From the NCBI RefSeq assembly GCF_009914755.1, contig NC_060929.1: DNA of 64,000 nucleotides; one strand, written 5' to 3'. The translations under genes were made by a program, and so were the position numbers. How positions within the stretch are numbered: the first letter of the stretch is position 1; each line of letters opens with the position of its first letter. Shown here piece after piece: positions 57,937 to 64,000 of the stretch. This DNA comes from the human T2T-CHM13v2.0 reference genome, Homo sapiens. Below the pieces are notes generated by a model. That model was not told where the DNA came from and ran no database searches. It was given only the letters and a program-made list of their open reading frames with translations.

Positions 57937-58506
57937 AACATATTCTAAAACATAAATGTTCCCAGGAAAGTATTGATGTATTCGGATCTAAACTGCCTTT
58001 TTGATTACGGAAACTTTCATCTTGTAATTAATGTTGATGTAGTGACTGCTTATGGGGTGCGTGGAGCTTGCACAGCCCGACCACAGTTGTAACAGGAGGA
58101 CAGCAGACAGGTTACCCGACGAGTGGGTTTCAGATGGTGATGGCTGCAAGGGGTGACAGAATTGAGCAGCCAGAAGTGGAGGCGGGAGATGAAGTAGAGG
58201 GGTGTTCCTGGGGAGAGACGGTTTTGGAGGGAGAGGCAGTAAAGGTGGGAAGAAGCGTGTGGGCTTGGAGGTATTGTAGAGATAAACATAAGCCGAAACT
58301 TCAGGTACGTTCCTTGCTCGTCAGTGCTGATATTCCAACTCCAAAGGAGTTGCACTGAGTTCTAGGTGCCTCTTTCAGATTACGAGGATACATATCTCTC
58401 TGAGAAAAGCTGAAAATACAGAAATGTGTAAGAGGGAAAATAAAGGGATTTATTCCACAATAGGACACATGTGTTAAAGTTTGTCTTTCAATCTTTTTAC
58501 ATATAC

Positions 58507-58946
58507 TGTTAGAGGAAGAAATGTTTTGAATGACCCTTGTCAGGCACAGTGAGGAAGGCTTTATTCAGAACCATTGAGGTGGGCCTGGGGCCACTGCGCT
58601 GGGATTTTGCAGTGGGGGAGAGAGATGGAGCTCAACTCCAAGTACAGCAGGGGCCGGGGGGAGTTTATAGCCTAGGGTCAGGGTGGGGGCAGTGGATGGA
58701 AAATGACTGAGAGGACACATGAGGAGTAAGGGGATTTGGGCTAAACCAACTGAACAGGATTATTGCGAAAGAGAGGCCAGGGTGAGCAGACACCACCTAT
58801 GGGATCTGGGGATGAGGAACCTGAGCAGATACTGAGGGTGGGGGTTTTGGCCGCACTAAACTGGACTTTACAAGGAAGGGCACAGATGGCCGAGGAGAAG
58901 ATTCAGGAGCCTGAGTAAAGTTGAATTAAACCAAGAATCTGTGTCA
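58507..58946 (-). mobile_element. Solo ERV1 LTR, MER67/MER31-like
   Basis: Reverse complement begins tgacacagattctt...actttactcaggctcctgaatcttctcct...cttccttgtaaagtccagttt; tttatt polyA signal near 58560. Confidence 0.6.
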
Positions 58947-59039
58947 GTTTCTACTCCATATCCAACACCAAGAACTTGACCGTTATTATAATTGTTTTCA
59001 AAATAAAAGATTAAAATCTTACAATTTTTCTATTCTTAG

Positions 59040-59167
59040 CTGAGCTTCAGTCATTGTCTATTCCTGGAACTTACCAAGAGAAGATCACCCACCTGGGACA
59101 TTCTCTGATGAGTTTAACAGGTCTGAAATCTTTGGATCTCTCGCGCAACTCCTTGGTTAGTCTGGAG
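59040..59167 (+). CDS. CEP72: CEP72 coding exon 2 (LRR)
   Basis: Acceptor ttttctattcttag|C, donor GAG|GTAAGT; 128 nt; encodes (A)ELQSLSIPGTYQEKITHLGHSLMSLTGLKSLDLSRNSLVSLE with an LxxLxLxxNxL motif. Exons 1+2 total 210 nt. Not in the ORF track. Confidence 0.96.
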
Positions 59168-59514
59168 GTAAGTTTTAGGTCTCTTTCTTAAAATTTATTG
59201 CTATCAACATCAGTGGAAAGTCCATTCACAGCAGAAACGGAGTCTGTTTTGTAACCCTCTGCTTACATCTGTATACGGTACACTTTGTGTTGCGTATTTT
59301 TGTGTTTACCGTGGGCTACATTTCATACACATCACGTTACGTTGTGTTGTCGCCCTCTGATGACGATGATTATATCTTTAAAGGAAATGAAATGAGACCC
59401 CAGAGACTTACTGAGTGGCAGTGCAGTGGGCCTGGGGCTGCCTCCTGGGCTCCTGGCAGGGTCACCCTGGAGAGAGATGCCTAGGTGGTGGTGAGGGGAG
59501 CTGTGCACAACTAC

Positions 59515-59676
59515 CATGGCCTGATTGGCCCTGACAGAACCGTGGGATGCGCCTGCCCTGAGCCCGATGCCTGAGCATTATGGAGGCTGCGTCTGCATGG
59601 CCTGATTGGCCCGGACAGAACCGTGGGATGCGCCTGCCCTGAGCCTGGTGCCTGAGCATTATGGAGGCCACGTCTG
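59515..59676. repeat. Two-copy ~81-bp tandem duplication in CEP72 intron 2
   Basis: catggcctgattggccc.gacagaaccgtgggatgcgcctgccctgagcc...tgcctgagcattatggaggc occurs twice. Confidence 0.92.
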
Positions 59677-60118
59677 ACACCAGCTCGGGAGTCTGCTCCA
59701 AGTCAGATGCGGACCTAGCCCAGGCTACACCCAGTGCTGCCTCATCTTTCCCCGTTCCCAGGCCTCAGCTTTCTCATCTGTGAAGGGGGGGCTGATGGTT
59801 CTCACCCTGTAGGGCGGCGTGTGGATTAAATGAAATTGTGCGTGCACATCACTCAGCTTGCTGCACGCTGAGGCCTCGGTAGATATTAGCTGTGCTTAGT
59901 TGCGTCACATGTGGGTTCCATAAACGACCGTCTCACCGCGTGGGGCCCAGAGAACTTCACAGATGAGAACGTTTCATTTTTCTACTTTTCCTGGTAATGA
60001 CATGGAGTTATTGCAAATAAGTTTATACAGTTGGTTGGTCAGTGTGTGTTGCTGGCTTATTTCACTGTGTATTTCTTGTTTAAAGTGTGAATGAATTCAC
60101 TGTGTTTTCTGTTGACAG

Positions 60119-60311
60119 GGCATTCAGTACCTGACTGCATTGGAGAGTCTCAATCTCTACTACAACTGCATCTCCTCGTTGGCAGAAGTGTTTCGGCTCC
60201 ACGCCTTAACCGAGCTCGTGGATGTGGACTTCCGGCTGAACCCCGTGGTGAAGGTTGAGCCTGACTACCGCCTTTTTGTTGTGCACCTGCTCCCCAAGCT
60301 CCAGCAGCTGG
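60119..60311 (+). CDS. CEP72: CEP72 coding exon 3 (LRRs plus LRRcap); gene continues beyond the window
   Basis: Acceptor gttttctgttgacag|G, donor CTGG|GTAGGC; 193 nt; encodes GIQYLTALESLNLYYNCISSLAEVFRLHALTELVDVDFRLNPVVKVEPDYRLFVVHLLPKLQQL, with LRRs and a U2A'-type LRRcap (DYR..V...LPKLQQL). Overlaps ORF-track entry 60140..60628. Confidence 0.97.
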
Positions 60312-60639
60312 GTAGGCATCAGGCAGGGCCACGCTCATGCTTTTGTCCCCGTGGGGTATGGGAGTCGGGGAGTCGTAGTGGGTGTCTGTGTGCTCAACGT
60401 CACATGCTTGATTCCTTCTGGAACGGGGAGTTGGTTTTCTACGCTGGTGGCTTGAGTTCCTGCAGACACACAGCTCGAGAGGCCCTGTGTCTGCACAGGA
60501 CAGGGCTGGAAGTTGAGCACCCTGGGAGGGCGCAGGGCTGGGGCCGTGGGAGCACAGCCCCGGACCAGGCTGCTACGTCCTGTTCTGGCTCTCCGCGTCA
60601 TGGCTGTTGGACTTGGGCACGTTCCTGAACATCTCCTGT

Positions 60640-60842
60640 CCTGTTTCCTCGCATAGCCCCCAGGTATCATCTCAGGTGCAGCTAAACAGCAGGATGCTGC
60701 CTGGTTTTGCCCCACTTGGAAGCACACAGGACAAGCAGCTCATTGTCCCCCACACCCCACCACTGGGACAGGGTTGGGAGGGGATGTGCAGTGACCTTTG
60801 GATCATGCTCCTGAAAGAAAAGGCTTTCCATGACAGTCTTGT
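60640..60842. repeat. Inverted-repeat arm B (probable donor sequence, CEP72 intron 3)
   Basis: cctgtttcctc...tctcaggtgcagctaaacagcaggatgctgcctggttttgccccacttgga...tgacagtcttgt is the reverse complement of 57548-57752. Confidence 0.95.
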
Positions 60843-61794
60843 AGGCAGAACTTCCAGGGCCCCCACAGCGATGCCCAGTAGGGAGGGTCCCTGGGTTGGG
60901 GCAGCCGCAGGTCACCTTCCCATCTGCCTCCTGCCTCCCCGGAGGCATTGTTGCTGTTGCTGTTGCTGTGAGCACCTGGTGGTGTCTCTGCTGACCCTAC
61001 CCCGAGTCACAGATCCAGGAGAGAAAGCTGGGGCCTCAGCCCAGGGGCACACTGACCAGAGTCCATGGGGAAGAAGAGGGTGCAGGGTCTCTTACCTCAG
61101 TCCTCCTGTGTGAAGTGGGGGGATAAGAATGCTGTGTTGACATGTCGTGGTGGGGAGACCTGAGTTAATATCTGTAAGCTCCCAGACTGCCCGGCATGGC
61201 CAGGGGCCTATAAACGTTCCCTGGTTGCTTCTGTTGTTAGGGTCAGACCTACCATGCACCGCTGTTCGAAAGCTGCCCCTCCTTCTGAACCTAGGACCTT
61301 ATCAAAAACAAAAGAATCACAGAATCCCAACTATCTTGTTAGAACAAAAGACCAACAGAATCACAGAGGACAGAGCACTTTCCCCCACTGCGAGTGCCCT
61401 GAACAGGCTGTTTTCCACGGCTGTGGGGAGCATTCAGGTTCTCTTAGAGAACTGAGATTTGTATGTCAATTTCAAGTAAACAGCAGCTAAAGCACGTTGG
61501 TGGGTGATGTGCCTGGCCCCTGGGTACTGCCCGTTGTGGGCGTCGGGACTGAGGGCCAGCTGGGGTTTTGCCACCCACCAGATGAACACCCGGCAGCCCT
61601 CACCCTGTCAGCCCCATGAAGTTCGTGTGACGTCAGCAAAGCTGCACACCAGAGGTGGGAAAACAGGTGGAGGAGCACCTAAGCGCCTCAGCGAGTAGAC
61701 CGGGAAGGCTGTCTGGGGCCATCGTGGAGCCATGCGGGGCCGTGTCACCTCATCACAGGGAGGACTGGCCTGCGGTATCTTGATGGTGATGTGA

Positions 61795-62123
<329 letters not shown>

Positions 62124-63037
62124 AAATTCTAACATTTTAAACTGCACTGCTTTGCTACTTGGAGAAGTTTCTGGAGATGCTGGAAAGAGCTGTCAGCATG
62201 CAGCACACACACCCTCTGTTTGGTGACAGTGTAGGTTAGTGGTATGGATTGAAATCTGTTTAAAGGAGTCCTCTTGGAAGAATGCCCCAGTCTGCCACAG
62301 TTTGACCATTTTTCAGTAACTAACGATCAAAACAATTTTTCTCTGACCTTCTAAAAGTGACTTGAGGAGCTGACAGTATCCCTGGGTCCTGGTGGACTTT
62401 GCTCTTGCAGGAGCTCAGCTCCCCTGGGCACTGGGGGCTGGCAGTTGGCAGTGGCAGCATCGGATGGGAGGGCAGCAACTGGGGTGGCATTTGCTGCTCT
62501 GCAAGGGCTGGGAGGCACTCAGGGCGTCTGTGTGGCCAAAGTGAGACCTAGCTCCCAGCATCACTGACAGGGAAGACCCTGGCTCACCCACTCATGTGGC
62601 AAGTGCTGGGCCCTGGACAGGCCCTGCGGCTGGGCTTCCAGAGCCTGAGCAGTGTGGATAGAGCTCTGTGCTGCAGCTCTTGGCAGCGAGGAGCGCCTCC
62701 TTGGGAGCATGCGGCGTGCATGCGTGGTGCTGGCCACCTGAGAGCCTGGCTGCTGTGCCTGACACTCTTCCCCCTGGGATGGGGCCGTGGACATTAACAA
62801 TGGACCCCCCCAAGACACAGTGTCTGTTTCCAAACCCAATTAGGATTTCGCTGTTTAATTATAAGAGGTTTGGGAGGAATAGGCGCCTGTTTTATAGTGT
62901 TTATTTGGCCAATTAACCAAGTAACTCATAAACAGTTGAGTTTGGCTGTTTCAGGAGCTACAGTCCTTATTCTAGGTAATTTTTGGAGTCTTCAGTTCTA
63001 AATCATTGCCTCTGTAATCCAAGTTTTAGATTCAGAA

Positions 63038-63288
63038 TCTTAGTGTTTCTGCAGAGAAGGAGCGCAGCCGTCTCCCCTCTTAGTGTTTCTGTAGAGAAGG
63101 AGCGCGGCCGTCTCCCTCTTAGTGTTTCTGCAGAGAAGGAGCGCGACCGTCTCCCTCTTAGTGTTTCTGCAGAGAGTTTCTGCAGAGAAGGAGCGCAGCC
63201 GTCTCCCTCTTAGTGTTTCTGCAGAGAAGGAGCGCGACCGTCTCCCCTCTTAGTGTTTCTACAGAGAAGGAGCACAACCGTCTCCCCG
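63038..63288. repeat. Minisatellite, 39-40-bp unit, ~6 copies, in CEP72 intron 3
   Basis: TCTTAGTGTTTCTGCAGAGAAGGAGCGCAGCCGTCTCCCC repeated. Confidence 0.94.
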
Positions 63289-64000
63289 CATGTGAGAGAT
63301 GCTTCCTGCAGTGGCGCTGGCAGTCAGAGGCGCTGCGGGAACCACGGAGGTGCGGGGCCCCGGGACGGCCTGCTGCCCTGCGTGGTGCCTCCTGGAGTGG
63401 GCTCGGTCCTTGGCTCCGCGTGGGTCATGGAAAGGCCCCGGTGGTGGAGGAGGCAGATAGCAAGGGCCTGCGTGTGGGATGGAGGCGGCGTCTGGAGAGA
63501 CCTTGCCAGCAGGAGAGGGTGGGCTTGGGGTGAAGGTGAGTTTGCAGTTGGCTTCGGACATGCTGCATTAGAATTTACACAACAGTCCAGAGAAATGTTC
63601 TTGGAGTACGGGATTTGGAACTGACTCAGAAGGGAAGCGAGTCTTGGTGGGCAGAGAGCTATGCGTCGTTAGTGCGGGGCTGGTGAAGGCCGGGGTGGAA
63701 AGGTTGCGGGAGGGTGGGATTGGGTGCAGGTCTCCTGGCGCACGTGTCTCCTGAGGGTGCCCTGTGTGCTGGGTGGAGAGTGCCCCAGGTTGCAGAGGCC
63801 TCTGACTCGGCATCTTTGTGTGATTATCAGAACTCCTCCGTTTTTCTGCTTTGAACATTATATTATGCTATTACTCACTCATTTCTTACAGTGATTCTGT
63901 AGTTTTTGGGGCGTGCTGTAGGCTAAATGGAGGCAGCGTGGGAACTTGTCACAGAATTCACATTACAAATGGGGGTTAAGATGTGTTGTAAGTTCCAAAG

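Noticed and set aside
60312-60628. Tail of ORF 60140..60628
   Set aside because: Intron 3 read-through after the donor at 60312; the LRR pattern stops there.

Overview
Primate (almost certainly human) genomic DNA from the GC-rich, minisatellite-dense subtelomere. From my knowledge of the locus this is 5p15.33, between SLC9A3 (outside the window) and CEP72. The only protein-coding sequence I can support is the first three exons of CEP72 (+ strand, ATG 52412; exons 52412-52493, 59040-59167, 60119-60311), encoding the N-terminal LRR domain and driven by a CpG-island promoter with GC boxes, an NRF1-type site and a CHR element. The remaining ~52 kb is intergenic: a 5-kb, 43-bp-unit CpG-rich VNTR, about ten smaller VNTRs and many two-copy duplications, old L1 fragments, two solo LTR12s, MaLR and other LTRs, Alus, MER2, MER30 and MADE1. 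Nearly all ORF-track entries are spurious. The most striking observation is an Alu in CEP72 intron 1 whose centre is replaced by a ~205-bp inverted copy of unique intron-3 sequence. The two copies form an inverted repeat bracketing exactly exons 2+3. Those exons total 321 nt in matching phase, so skipping them would delete the LRR domain in frame, and back-splicing would give a circRNA with an ATG-containing, stop-free, endless ORF. Repeat family names and boundaries are from recognition by eye, not from a database search.
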